Below, one piece after another: positions 12,801 through 24,812 of a stretch of DNA of 64,000 nt. Both the position numbers and the translations under genes were made by a program. Under the pieces are notes generated by a model. It saw nothing but the letters and a program-made list of their open reading frames with translations, made no database searches and was not told where the DNA came from. The stretch lies in the NCBI GenBank assembly GCA_000004985.1, contig GG738857.1. One strand, 5' to 3'. Every line of letters begins with the position of its first letter. Position 1 is the first letter of the stretch. Origin of the DNA: Naegleria gruberi (lineage: Eukaryota).

Positions 12801-14507
12801 TTGATTCACTTCAATATTCAAGTTATGAATGAACTTGGAGGCTGAAACACGATAGGCATTCTCTTCATGAATTTCAGACTTGGTAAATACCATATCATTC
12901 TCAAAGGAGACTTGAATATCACCTTCCAAACAGTTCAGGTCACCTTCTAAGAAGAATATCAGTTTGGTATATTCGCCAAATGGGTTATCACTAAGATAGT
13001 TACTGATTCGCTTTGATTTAGCAACATCATATTTTGTTAACATGACCTTATCGATGGTTTTTTTACAAAATTTGAAATCTTCCTTCTGTACAACCTTTTC
13101 CTCTTCATCATCAGATTGCTTTTGAACTTTCGTTGTTGACATTGTAAAGCTATTCAATAAATTATTGAAATCTGCTGCATAGCCATGGGTAAGATTTTGG
13201 AAAATTCCACTAGATTGATAATTTGTTTCATCATTGGTTTTCCAATCTCTGACTTGGATATTGAATGATTGTTTCAATTTTTCATAGGCCATGTCATCCT
13301 TCACATTTCTTGTATGCATCTCATCTACAATATTTGATAGTTTTTGATGTTTCTTTTCTGGTTGTTTGTTTTCCTCCTCATCAGCATTGGATTTTCTGTT
13401 TGTTCTCAATACAAAACCTCCAATAGTGGTCTTTCCTGATGAAGAAGTTGTTGTTGAGTTAGCTGATGTACTGTTATTGAGTGATCTCATTCCTAAATAC
13501 TTTCTTTGGGAGGAATCAGATAGCAAATCATTCAATTGACATTCCAATGCAACAAGTGGTGTTTGAGTGGTTGTAAGTGCAGAGTTTGCTTTTGCAGATT
13601 TCTTTGATTTACGACCACCACTTTCTTCCACATTATTTACAACTGCTTGATCCAATTCCTCAACATTTTCCATTCCTTTAAGGTTTAGAATATTTTCAAC
13701 ACAAAGTAAACTCTTTGCTTGCTCCACCGTAATGATATCAACAAGTTTTCCTTCAGAATTCAAGACGAAACAACCAACAGAGAGTGGAATCTTTTCAGTT
13801 TCCTTCTTTGATGAACCAGTCTTGGAAACTTGCATAGAAAAGTATCTACCCATTCCTCCCTGCAATAAGGCATTCCTATTTCTTAACATTTCGAATGAGA
13901 ATTTTACCGAGAGAGCCGATGAAGTCAAATTATATTCATCCATATCAACTATTTGATCATTATTATACGAAACTGACATTCTATTATTCGCATTCTTGGC
14001 ACTATTAATCCACAAGGAAGATGATGGAATAGTCACCAAACTGGGAGAATCCTTCTTTCCAATTCTTGACAAATTTCTCTTTTTAATATTTGCAGAGTTA
14101 CTAGGTTTCAATTCGTGTGGTGTTGTATCATAAACACCACTATTCGAACCATTTCCAGAACCATTCGATCTATTACTTCTAGCCGAAAGAGGAGACTTGG
14201 CCAATCTGAAACTCTTTCTATTCTGCTCACTTCCTGGTGAATTTGGAGGTGGCATTCGAATCCTCATTGAAGAGGCACCATTTGGTGATCTTGGCGAAAC
14301 AGGAGGAGAACCTACACTCTGATCATCCTGCACGGCTCGAATATTTGCTGTAGAAGTTGCCTGTGTTGTATGATGATGATTATTTGTTGCTGGTGATGAC
14401 TGATTGGAACTATTACTAGATCCCGAGGTTGATAAATTGTCATCCTCGTTTGTATCTTCTCGATTGTTTGGTTGTTTGTTGGAGGAGAGAGAGGCAGGTC
14501 TACTCAT
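9832..14507 (-). CDS. Large (about 1540 aa) protein with an N-terminal S/N/T-rich low-complexity region and a C-terminal C2 domain. Exons complement(join(9832..10111,10159..14507))
   Basis: ORF 10155..14507 ends in the first half of a C2 domain (LKVQIVEARNLPVMD...KNLNPRWNNETFTL). The stop TAA overlaps a GTAAGT donor. A 47-nt intron (10112..10158, GTAAGT...TTCTAG, phase 2) joins it to ORF 9832..10053, which completes the C2 fold (NVSEIIQRHGLLFSVSDRDMLTTEVIGFIFIPFSEI...). Confidence 0.65.
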
Positions 14508-14710
14508 TGTTTTTGTTTTTTATGAAATGAATTGAATTTGCAGGAGTGAAGTTGAAATGGCGCCAAAAGTTTGATTTCATCAGACATCACGTGCTGGCAC
14601 TTCAGGTGATGAAGAAAGGTGAACTGTATTCATGAATAAGGGTTAATTTAAAAAAAAATGCAACCACATCACCTCCCACACCTTGATAGATTATTATTAA
14701 TTGAAAAAAA

Positions 14711-17699
14711 ATGGCCGATCACAAAATGGTCTGCAAATTGGGTTTGTGTTTTGAGATGCGAGATTTAAAATTATTTATTAAATGTGTGATGATTACAGGC
14801 TGATAGGAAATATGTGTTGGAAGCTGTTAAACAAAATGGGTTGGCACTTGAAAATGCCGATGAATCTGGAAGCTGTTAAACAAAATGGATTGGCAATTGA
14901 ATTTGCTGATTCATCATTAAAAAAGATAGAGAAATTGTATTGGAATCTGTTAAACAAAATGGATATGCATTTAAATATGCCGATGAGTTATTGAAAAAAG
15001 ATGAAGAGTTTATATTGGAAGTTGTTAAACAAGATGGATTGGCAATTAAACATGCTGATTCATCATTACAAAAAGATAGAGAAATTGTATTGGAAGCTGT
15101 TAAACAAAATGTATATGCACTTAAATATGCAGATTCATCATTGAAAAAAGATAGAGAAATTATATTGAAATCTGTTAAGAAAAATGGATTGACACTTGAA
15201 TTTACTGATTCATCATTGAAGAAAGATAGAGAAATTGTATCGGAAGCTGTTAAACAACATGGATTGGCAATTGAGTTTGCTGATTCATCATTTAAAAAAG
15301 ATAGAGAAATTGTATTGGAAGCTGTTAAGCAAAATGTGTATGCAATTGAATTTGCTGATTCATCATTGAAGAAAGATAGACAATTTGTACTAGAAGCTGT
15401 TACGAAAAATGGATTAGTACTTGAATATGCTGATTCATCATTGAAGAAAGATAGAGAATTTGTATTAGAATCTGTTACGAAAAATGGATATGCATTTCAA
15501 TATGCTGTTTCATCATTTAAAAAAGATAGAGAAATTGTATTGGAAGCTGTTAAACAAAATGGAGCAGCGCTTAAATATGCTGATGAATCAGTTAAGGGAG
15601 ACAGAGAAATTGTATTGGAAGCTGTTAAACAAAATGGATTGGCATTTAAATATATTTATTCATCATTGAAAAAAAATAGAGAAATTATATTGGAAGCTGT
15701 TAAACAAAATGGATCAGCACTTAAACATGCTGATTCATTTTTGAAGAAAGATAGAGAAATTGTATCGGAAGCTGTTAAACAAAATGGATTGGCACTTCAG
15801 TTTGCTGATTCATCATTTAAAAAAGATAGAGAAATTGTATTGGAATCTGTTAAAAAAAATGGATCAGCACTTGAATATGCTGATTCATCATTTAAAAAAG
15901 ATAGAGAATTTATTTATTTGCTATTTAAATTGAACAAAGAAAATGCAAGAAACTTCTCACCATCTATATCCAAAACCATTGAAGAATGCTTAAATATTCA
16001 GAGAAAGCTGTCAAGCAATATAACTGAACAATACTCCAAAATATTTATGGATGAAAAGGATTTATATTATGCTATTGAATTAACAAGTCTCTTTAATCCA
16101 ACACCAAAAGGTACAATATTCAATTTCAATTCTATCTATACACCAATATTTATTGAAAAATTGATTATTTTTCAAATATTGAAACAAATGAACCATTCAG
16201 AATTGTCTAATGATATTATTGCTCTTATTGATTTACAAAGTACCAAAGCTAACTATTATTTATATTGTTTCAGATTGGACAAATTTCTTGAAGATAATCC
16301 CTGTCAATCAACAAGAATGAAAGATTTGAAGAATATTGTGGAACAAGTTGCAACAAACTTTGAAACGTCATTTTATACAAAACAGGAAATTAATGAAATT
16401 ATGATTTTTGCCAACAAGTGGTTTGAAAATGAGCAAACATTTGAAAATTACAAACAAATAATTTGTAAATATAATGAGCTGAGAGGAGATTTATCAAAAG
16501 TATTCAAATCTCTTAATTATTTCTATAATTATTTCAAAAATGATTATGATTTCATTTCAGTATTAGGATATGGAGGTGAAGGTGTTGCATTCAAAGTATT
16601 TCATAAAAGTAGTAAATCATTAAGGGCTTTAAAATTGAAATATGACCCAGAGGAATCTGAAGAATCAACAAAAGAAACCATTAATTTATTGAAAAGAACA
16701 GACATTGAAGGAAAGATCAAATGTTTTGATTGTGAAATTATTCAAAATCATTTATATTCAGTGATGGAACTTGGAGAGGAATCATTATCAAATTACATTT
16801 CAAGAAATAATGAAAGTGAAATTTATAGAAATGGATTCATTATTAAGGAAAAACTAATTGAAATTCTTGATATATTTATCAAAGTATTGAACTCAGTTCA
16901 ATCAATTCATGATCACAATATTTTACACAGAGATTTAGATCCTCAAAATATTGTCAAAGTTCAAGATTTATACAAAATTATTGATTTTGAAACATCAAGA
17001 GTGATCAAGACAGGTAATTCAATTACAATTGCTCGTGGAAAGTTTGCATACATGTCTCCTGAAGTTTCACATGATAATTATTCTGATGATTTATTGAAAA
17101 GTGGTAATGATGAAAAGCTTGCTCACAATGTTGGACAAATTACCATTTCATGTGATATATTTTCATTGGGATGTATTTTGTTGAAATTATTAACCAATTG
17201 TCCTTTGCAACTATGTTCAACATTTCTGAATGATTCAGATGTCTCTAAATATAATGATAATTACTTGTATTTTAGTGGACATGGAAAATATTTCTATACA
17301 GTTGTGACAACAACAGAGGGAGAAATGAAATTACATTATGCAATTGAAAAACTAATCAATGAAACAATTAATCCAGATTTAGGAGTGAATAACATATTGA
17401 TTAGAAGCATTATTAGCATGATTCAAAGAGATTCATCAAAAAGATTGGATTGTTATTCTCACAAGTTAACAATTGAGAATATTTTGAAATTTTTGAAAGG
17501 AGAAATCAAAGATATCACTTTCAATATTGAAAAACAAGTTGGAGAATTGAAGAAAATATCACCATTAAGAAGTTACTCTCAACTTGTAGAGGAAAATACC
17601 AAACTATTAGAAAGAATTAAATTATTGGAAGAGAACTCTTTATTGGAACGAATTAAAATGTTGGAAGAGGAAATAATAAATCTAAAAACAGACCAATAA
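14711..17699 (+). CDS. DUF4116-repeat / atypical protein kinase / coiled-coil family, copy A. The 5' repeat region is disrupted; the main intact ORF is 14940..17699
   Basis: It shares the family 5' structure: ATG at 14711, GTTTGT donor at 14742 and a TTACAG acceptor before GCTGATAGG at 14799. The segment 14860-14935 is out of frame because of a 26-nt deletion plus a 1-nt loss in an A-run, giving three in-frame stops. The ORF from 14940 on has about 13 25-aa repeats (LEAVKQNGxALxYADSSLKKDREIV), a helical linker, a kinase domain (LGYGGEGVAFKV, HRDLDPQN, DFETSR, YMSPEV) and a C-terminal coiled coil (LLERIKMLEEEIINLKTDQ). Confidence 0.6.
14799..15903 (+). repeat. Tandem 75-bp coding repeat array (25-aa DUF4116-like repeats) of family copy A
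   Basis: Visible 75-nt periodicity (gctgttaaacaaaatgg...gattcatcattgaagaaagatagagaaattgtattggaa). Alternative sense frames stay open across the array, which produces spurious ORFs such as 15484..15669. Confidence 0.85.
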
Positions 17700-18392
17700 G
17701 TGATAAATATTAAAAAACGAAAGTAAATGCAAGAGAGTTTCCCACACATTCATACTTCTTGCTAGAGATGCTTCCAAAAAGCCCAATTTTATCCTAAACC
17801 ATAAATCTGTGAAATTCTCTGAAAATTTACAAAATTTATTACATTCATTTTTCACAGATTGATTGGTGGCATGTCCAACTAGGTGTCTCTTCCTTCATTT
17901 CTTCCCCGTTACGTTGCACGGATTGAGGGGGGTTCTGGTCAACCTTACTTAAGAAAATGATCAACCAAATACTAAACAAAACCAAACACATAAACAAAAT
18001 TATTCGTCCGTTGCTTGCAGATACCAAACTACAACGTAAGCTAATTTGGTGGATCTGTTGGGAGAGATTCGGCATTAGGTGTTCCATTGAAGCTATGCTG
18101 GTAGATCCTTGTAAAAGGAGAGTTGGCATGTCATCATTTTAAGGTTTAGTTTTGTTTCTTCTTGAAAATATTCGAAAGATATGAGGTGTTGTGGATCTAG
18201 GTCTGGTCATAACTTGATGTTTTTTGAGTTTGCCGCTCAATCCTAATTAAGTAGCTTGTCAGTAATCAACTTTAAAAAAAAATATCAAAAACAAAACGCG
18301 AGTTTTCGTCATCCATTTATCAATTCTGAATACTAGTAGCCTTCTTCAAAGCCTTTAATTTTTTTCCAACTACAAAATAGTCAAACTGCCAA

Positions 18393-19865
18393 ATGCCAAG
18401 TTTCATCAAGAGATTATCGTTACGAAATTCATTTCAACAACGTCAATCCATTCACCAAGATCGTAGAAGAACGATCCGAGCCATTCCCTTCTTTCAAGAT
18501 TTTAAAATTGCCATCATTGGAGATGAATGTGTTGGAAAATCGAATATTGCAATGAGATGTGCTGGAAAGGAGACGTTTGTGCCAGAACATGAACCAACGA
18601 TTGAAGATGAGTATAATTGTAAGGTACAGTTTATGTTTAGGTTGCCAGCACCTTTGGTGGAAGAAATAGTTTCGAATGGTGGTGAAGGAGATTCGAATGA
18701 ATTAATGAGAAGTAATCCCAAAGGTGATATTTATGGATATAAACAATTGGCACATGATTTGGAATTAATACCAATGGAATTGAGAAATTATATGAAATTG
18801 GATAATACTTTGCTATCAATTATTCAACAAAAAAGAGAAAAGGAAGAGGAAATGAAAAAAGCACTTGAGGAGAAACAAAAGAAAATGTTTAGTTTATTCA
18901 AGAAGAAATCAACAACGAGTGATTCTCCACAAAAATCTTCTCATGAGCATGCTGGAAATAATCAATCAGGAGAGGATGGAGATTTTGGAAGAGTAATCAC
19001 TGAGGAAGAGGACATTGATGATTATGTGGATGAATTACTTTCGGATGTGGTTTATAATTTCGAGCAGGACATTATTTGTAGAGTGACCATTGTGGATACG
19101 AGTGGGAGATCGGAAGTGAGAAAGGAAGCAACTGATTTGTCTTCAGTGGATGGATACATGTTGGTTTTTGATATGAATAATAAGGCATCATTTGCCAAGA
19201 TTCAGAATTATATTGATGAGTGTAAATTTGCCTACTATGAAAATCCTGCAAGGAAACATTCGGATGCAGCTGCTTCACACAGTTCGAGTAGTGCTCGATT
19301 GTCCTCTGCAAGTAATAATAGTTCAGCAACAATGAATTCAACCTCCTCAGCAAGTGCTGCCTCTTCCAATGTAAATAGTTCTAAACCATCGACAATTGAT
19401 AATCCTCCAATGGTCCTTATAATGAGTAAATGCGATCAGAAACCATCAGCCCTCAAGACCATTAATGCAGAGTATGGCTATGCTCTTGGAGATACTCATC
19501 ATTTTCCATTCTTTGTCACTAGTGCATGTGAAAATTTGAATATCCAAGAAGCATTAGAAGGTCTCCTGAGTGAAATTATCAAGAAGAACATTGAGGAAGG
19601 AGTTTACGAAACTCAAAACAAATCAATGCCAACACCACTACCATCTGCTGATGAAACTTTAAGCAAGACCAATAGTAGAAACTTTAAATTTGAGAATCAA
19701 AATATCAGTATCAGTAGCAATGCCAGTGATTACACTCCTGAATTGTTAACGTTCAGTGTTGGAAATGGAGTTGTTCCACAGAGTCCTCCTGAGAAGAAGA
19801 TTGTTCGTCAGAGTGTCTCTGCAACTCTGAGAAAGTATGTCGTTCAACAATTTAAAAAGAAATAA
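18393..19865 (+). CDS. Ras-superfamily small GTPase-like protein with large insertions and non-canonical catalytic motifs
   Basis: G1 is IAIIGDECVGKS, switch I is PTIEDEY, G3 reads DTSGRSE (Arg where the catalytic Gln sits) and G4 reads SKCD instead of NKxD. There is a roughly 130-aa acidic/K-rich insert and an S/N/A-rich low-complexity segment. The ATG at 18393 is preceded by caaa. Confidence 0.6.
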   Translation: MPSFIKRLSLRNSFQQRQSIHQDRRRTIRAIPFFQDFKIAIIGDECVGKSNIAMRCAGKETFVPEHEPTIEDEYNCKVQFMFRLPAPLVEEIVSNGGEGDSNELMRSNPKGDIYGYKQLAHDLELIPMELRNYMKLDNTLLSIIQQKREKEEEMKKALEEKQKKMFSLFKKKSTTSDSPQKSSHEHAGNNQSGEDGDFGRVITEEEDIDDYVDELLSDVVYNFEQDIICRVTIVDTSGRSEVRKEATDLSSVDGYMLVFDMNNKASFAKIQNYIDECKFAYYENPARKHSDAAASHSSSSARLSSASNNSSATMNSTSSASAASSNVNSSKPSTIDNPPMVLIMSKCDQKPSALKTINAEYGYALGDTHHFPFFVTSACENLNIQEALEGLLSEIIKKNIEEGVYETQNKSMPTPLPSADETLSKTNSRNFKFENQNISISSNASDYTPELLTFSVGNGVVPQSPPEKKIVRQSVSATLRKYVVQQFKKK

Positions 19866-19913
19866 ATGAATCTCTTATAATATTCCTTTTGTAACATTGT
19901 TAGAGTTTTACAT

Positions 19914-21080
19914 TTAATTTGTACAATTTTGATTAAGCTGTATGGATTCTAATCTAGCCAACGTAGCTCTGTGATTCTCTCTACGTGTGCGTTTCCATTT
20001 GGACTCAAATGAAACCTTAGAGAGCAGGAAAACAAACATTAAGAAATATGCCAAGCAACAACAAATGAACGAAGTTATTGAAGGCAGGAGGGCTTGTGTC
20101 TTATGGCTAATTTCATAATAATTGGATAGATCAGTAGCGACTGGCTGAATATATAATTTAAATAAGCTCAGAAAAACCATGGTAAGGCAAGTGTAGCTAT
20201 AATAGTATAACAATACAGAGTCTAAAATAACCACAGAGAATGCAATTAACAATGCTAATACCCACAGTGATCGTTTGTGATCTATGAATAATAATCTTTC
20301 CTCTTCACTTCCTTTAATCAATTCTTGGATTTTCTTTTCTTCCAACTCTTTCAATTCTTCTTCCAAATTAGTATTGGATTCAACCTTGGTGACACTCGAA
20401 ATCACTATTTCCTCTTCTAAAGCTGCTTGTTTCAATTCATTATTAATTGAATTTAACACTGGTGGCACAACGGCAATATCCTCAACTGCCAGTGTATCTT
20501 GTAATATTGGTTGAGTACTTGTCGAAGGAGTTTGTAGTGCTCTGGCTGGTGTATCAATATTAGGAGTAGAGAAGAGTGACAGAATCTCTGATTGCTGAGC
20601 TGAATTGGGTACAATTGGTGTTGTGGAACCTCTCTTCACTTCCACATAATCCAACTCATCATCGACATCAACAAGAGACGAAGCCATTGGAGGAAGAACT
20701 GAAGTACTAAATCTATTAGGAGTTCTCATGAGTGCCTCATCAGAAATAGGTCTTTCCTCAGCAAAGGAACAAACCCTTCGTGAAGATGAATTTTTAAAGG
20801 TTCTTTCTTCTGGTTGTCTGTGTTGTGTTGGTGTTGCTTGTTGTTCTTCTTGTTCTATTGGTGTTGTTGTTGTTGGTGACGAAGATGGTGATGAATTGTG
20901 CAATTCCTTCTTGACTACTTTGATTTGCATAGAAGTTGGTGATTTCAAGTTGTAATCCTCTAATAATGAACGAAAATCATTGCCAGTCACTGGAGATGAT
21001 ACTTCATCTGTTTCTTCTTCAGTAGCAACAACAGCCTTTCTATTCTTATTCAAAGGAGTGAGGTTCAATTTTCTTTCCAT
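19914..21080 (-). CDS. Hypothetical membrane protein: S/T/P/Q-rich N-terminal region, acidic coiled segment and 2-3 C-terminal TM helices
   Basis: Single 388-aa ORF with low-complexity composition matching neighbouring genes. Hydrophobic stretches are LWVLALLIAFSVVILDSVLLYY and SITSFICCCLAYFLMFVFLL. Confidence 0.45.
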   Translation of the reverse strand: MERKLNLTPLNKNRKAVVATEEETDEVSSPVTGNDFRSLLEDYNLKSPTSMQIKVVKKELHNSSPSSSPTTTTPIEQEEQQATPTQHRQPEERTFKNSSSRRVCSFAEERPISDEALMRTPNRFSTSVLPPMASSLVDVDDELDYVEVKRGSTTPIVPNSAQQSEILSLFSTPNIDTPARALQTPSTSTQPILQDTLAVEDIAVVPPVLNSINNELKQAALEEEIVISSVTKVESNTNLEEELKELEEKKIQELIKGSEEERLLFIDHKRSLWVLALLIAFSVVILDSVLLYYYSYTCLTMVFLSLFKLYIQPVATDLSNYYEISHKTQALLPSITSFICCCLAYFLMFVFLLSKVSFESKWKRTRRENHRATLARLESIQLNQNCTN

Positions 21081-21513
21081 CTTCTTGAATAATTAATGAT
21101 GATGATGAATATTAACCGATCGGGTGATGATGATAATTATCTTTCACGTTGATAATGAAGGTAATGAAGACTTGATAAATTAACAAAACTTGTTCTAGTG
21201 CCTACACGAACTCGAATAATAATACAAAGCCTTTTTCTTCTTAGAATTTTAGCAGCCTTTGCTGTTGTTTTTTTCGAATGATGAATTCAAAGCAAATTTT
21301 GGCGGTTTCACGTTTAACGCATTTTTTATGAAGCACAAGAAAAATTGTTTCCTTCTAAAATTTATGATGAAGACGAAACACCACGTGTTTGATACGATTA
21401 CAATATGAAAATAAGCTTTTTGATATAATACTTTTGAAAAGTTATTAAGTTGATATTTAAATATTAAATATTGAATATTGAATAATTAAAATCGGAAGAA
21501 GAAAAACAAAAAA

Positions 21514-24500
21514 ATGACAAAACTTGTTTCTTGCCTTGCCACGGCCATCAAACTCGGAGTGGTGAGCACGTTTGTGTGCTCTTTTGTTTTGTTTCATATT
21601 TATTTCTTTTTGGAGAGATCTCCACCAGCTAATACAAAGCATTTTGATGATATGAATACTAATCCTTTAAATTTTGCTGATTTGAATTTATTTTCCATTC
21701 ATGATGAGAGTAGTATTGTGAAGGAAGGTTCATCGTCATCACCCGGAAAGAATAGAAGAAGACTTGTTCAACCAAAGAGCTTGAGAAAAATTGCTCTTGA
21801 TGAAATCGGAACTGTAAATTCAACCAAAGTTGTGAATGATGGTATGTAATATTTGTACAATAATTTTCAATTAATAATTAATAATTAACAATAATATAAT
21901 ATACAATGCAATATTCATCAATGAATAACAATAATTTTGGAATACTTGGAAAAATCTTCATCATGTGGATTAACAACAGATGACGAAAAAACATATTATA
22001 CTATTTTCCAAATTCATGGAACTCCTGGATCTAGACGATGGAGGTATCCAGTTGATCATCACTTTGTGAGGACTTTCGGAGGAGACAAAAAGTTGAGAAT
22101 TCTCAGTCTTGATAGACCTGGTATTGGTCAATCTACTCCAATAATATCTAGTATTGACTCGGAAGGTAATCCTGTCTATAATTTGGAACCTTTCAATGTG
22201 GATTATTATGAAGCTAGTGCTTTGGACCTTTTATATGTTGTGAGAAAGTTGAGATTAAAGCACTTTTCACTCTTTGCTTATTCTCAAGGTGCTGCTCATG
22301 CTACAATGCTTTCACACTATTTGGAACAATTAAAGAAGAGAGAACGTGGTGAAAAGGTAACTCATGCTCACTTGAAGAGCACTGAAAGATTCCACAATGA
22401 CTTGATGACCAAGATTTTATTGTCAAAGGATTCCGAAAAGTATTGGACTTTTGAAAATGGAGTTTCAAACTATACATCATCTACTGAATGGTCATGGAAA
22501 GATGTTACCATCGACAGAGTTGTCTTGATGGCACCACAAGGTTTCTATTCAGAAAAGGTCAGACAAGCTCTCTTGAAAGAGCAAGACATGACCATTCCTG
22601 AGCACAAGAGATGGTCTTCAAACCTTCATCAAATTTATTCTTTCCACAATTATCAACCACCACTCGGAACTAATATTGTTCATGCTGTATACAAGATGGT
22701 TTCACAATTGGGATTTATCACTAATATCAAATATTGGGAAGAAAATATGAAATTCATGCTTGATCCTTTGGGAAGAGATTCATTCATTTTCCATGATGAA
22801 GCTACTGGATGGAAGAAGGCTTTTAACAATACCATGATTGATACCTACAGATTTACTACCATGACTTTCCTTGTAGAAGTTTATAATAGTTATTATTTCA
22901 CTGAAAATTATGGACCTAACTTTGATATTTCCTTGAAGAATATTCCAACATGGATTTTGAAAGCTGAGGATGATATTCTTGTTCCAATTGAAGCTTTTAA
23001 TACCTTTGTTGAAAAGGTTTGCACCAATAAGGAAACTTGTAATGTCACTGTTGCTTCCAACACTACCCATTTCCAAATTTTCAAGAATTATTACACACAA
23101 TCTATTCAACACCTTGTGAAGGGAGTTTTTGGAGAAAGTGTCAGCCTTAGAAAGCCAAGAAGAAAGATTATTGTTATTGGTAGTGGTCTTGCTGGCTTGA
23201 CAGCTACTCTCGAATCTGCCTACACCTACGATCAAGATGTCGTTCTCATTGAAAAGGAACCTAGACTTGGAGGAAACAGTGCCAAGGCAACCAGTGGTAT
23301 GAATGCTATCCAAACAACAACACAAAGAAACGTTCTCGTCTTTGATTCATATACTCACTTTTGGAATGATACTATCAAGTCTTTCACAGGAGGAAAGGTC
23401 TTGTCTACCCTCAAGGAAGCTAGAAGAATCATTAGAAATCCAAAGAATAAGAAGAAGGTTGAAGGAGAGGAAAATTTAATTACAGAAAATTCTTGGAGAA
23501 TTTTGGAAACTCTTGTCAAGGATTCCAAGCCAGCCCTCCAATTCTTACAATCATTTGATGTGAAAATGGATGTTGTTTCCCAATGTGGAGGCCACTCAAA
23601 GCCAAGAACTCACAGAAGCATTAACAAGAGTGACAAACCAATTAACATTGGAAGTGATATTATTTCCAAGCTCTCTGCTTTTATTAGAGAAAAATTGGCT
23701 GAGCGTGTTGTCATCAAGACTGAACATCATGCCATTCAATTAATTTCTGAAGAAAATGATCTTGGAGAAACCATTGTCAAGGGTGTCAAGGTTTTGAACA
23801 TTAAGGAAAATACTACTGAAACAATTATGGGAGATTCTATCATTTTGGCAGCTGGTGGTTATGGTCAAGATAGAGATGGTTATTTGAAGCAATTCGCTCC
23901 ACACTCTGTCAATTTACCATCAACTAATGGTTTGTGGGCAACAGGTGATGGTATAAAGATGGCTGTCAGAGATGTAAACGCATCCTTGATTGATATGGGA
24001 GAAATTCAAATTCACCCTACTGCCTTTGTTGATCCAGCCAATCCTACTGCAATGACATTAATTCTCGCTCCAGAATCATTGAGAGGTTATGGTGCTATTA
24101 TTGTCAATCAAGAGGGTAAGAGATTTGTCAATGAATTGGGTACAAGAGATGAAGTCAGTGATGCCATCTTTGAAAATTGTGGAAGGAAGGAAATTATCCT
24201 CACGTTACTGCCTACATGATTATGAATGAATTTGTTATGAAATCATTTGGTGAAAGCTTGACCTCCTTCTATGCCAAGAAGGGTCTCATTCGTAAATATG
24301 AAAACTTTGAAGATTTGTGTCAAAAGGAAGAATTGAACATGTCTGCCAACTTTTGTGCCAACCTCGAAGATACCATTATTGATTATGATTATTCAGTCGA
24401 TTATAGAAGATCAGATCCTAACTATAAGGATTCATTTGGAAAGACAGTTTTCCCATCTAAATTCAATTTGGAAAAGAGTAAGGAAACTACTCCATTCTTT

Positions 24501-24731
24501 GTGGCAAGAATTACACCTGCTGTTCACTACACTCAAGGTGGTCTCTTATTCAACAATAAGGCACAAGTTTTGCGTAGAAAGACTCAAGATACAAACGAAG
24601 TAATTAGAAATCTCTATGCTGCCGGTGAAGTCACTGGTGGATGTCATGGTAAGAATCGTTTGGCAGGTAACAGCTTGTTAGAATGTGTAGTTTTTGGTCG
24701 TATTGCTGCCTCAGAAGCTGCCCAAGAATAA
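21514..24731 (+). CDS. Fusion protein of an N-terminal membrane anchor, an alpha/beta-hydrolase-like domain and a soluble FAD-dependent (NADH-type) fumarate reductase domain. The assembly has a frameshift near 24180-24215. Proposed exons join(21514..21841,21980..~24200) with continuation in another frame to 24731
   Basis: ORF 21514..21849 (TM anchor) ends at a GTATGT donor. A 138-nt AT-rich intron (21842..21979, ...AACAACAG, phase 1) joins it in frame to ORF 21937..24219. That ORF has a hydrolase region (nucleophile elbow FAYSQGAA) and the FAD-binding FRD N-terminus ([14 protein letters not shown]...[14 protein letters not shown]). ORF 24177..24731, in another frame, carries the FRD C-terminus ([10 protein letters not shown]...[33 protein letters not shown]). 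The frame switches within the GGAAGGAAGG tract. Confidence 0.6.
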
Positions 24732-24812
24732 ACTCTTATTAAAAACCCTATTTTATTCTCATTCACTTTCCAAGTATTTTAGAATTTCTTGACCATGACA
24801 AGCACTTGATTT

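Noticed and set aside
14782-14994. ORF-track N-terminus MCDDYRLIGNMCWKLLNKMG for family copy A, and MLEAVKQ... starts for the other copies.
   Set aside because: These start at TTG/GTG or in the wrong frame relative to the repeat units. The conserved upstream ATG micro-exon and intron give an in-phase start in every copy.
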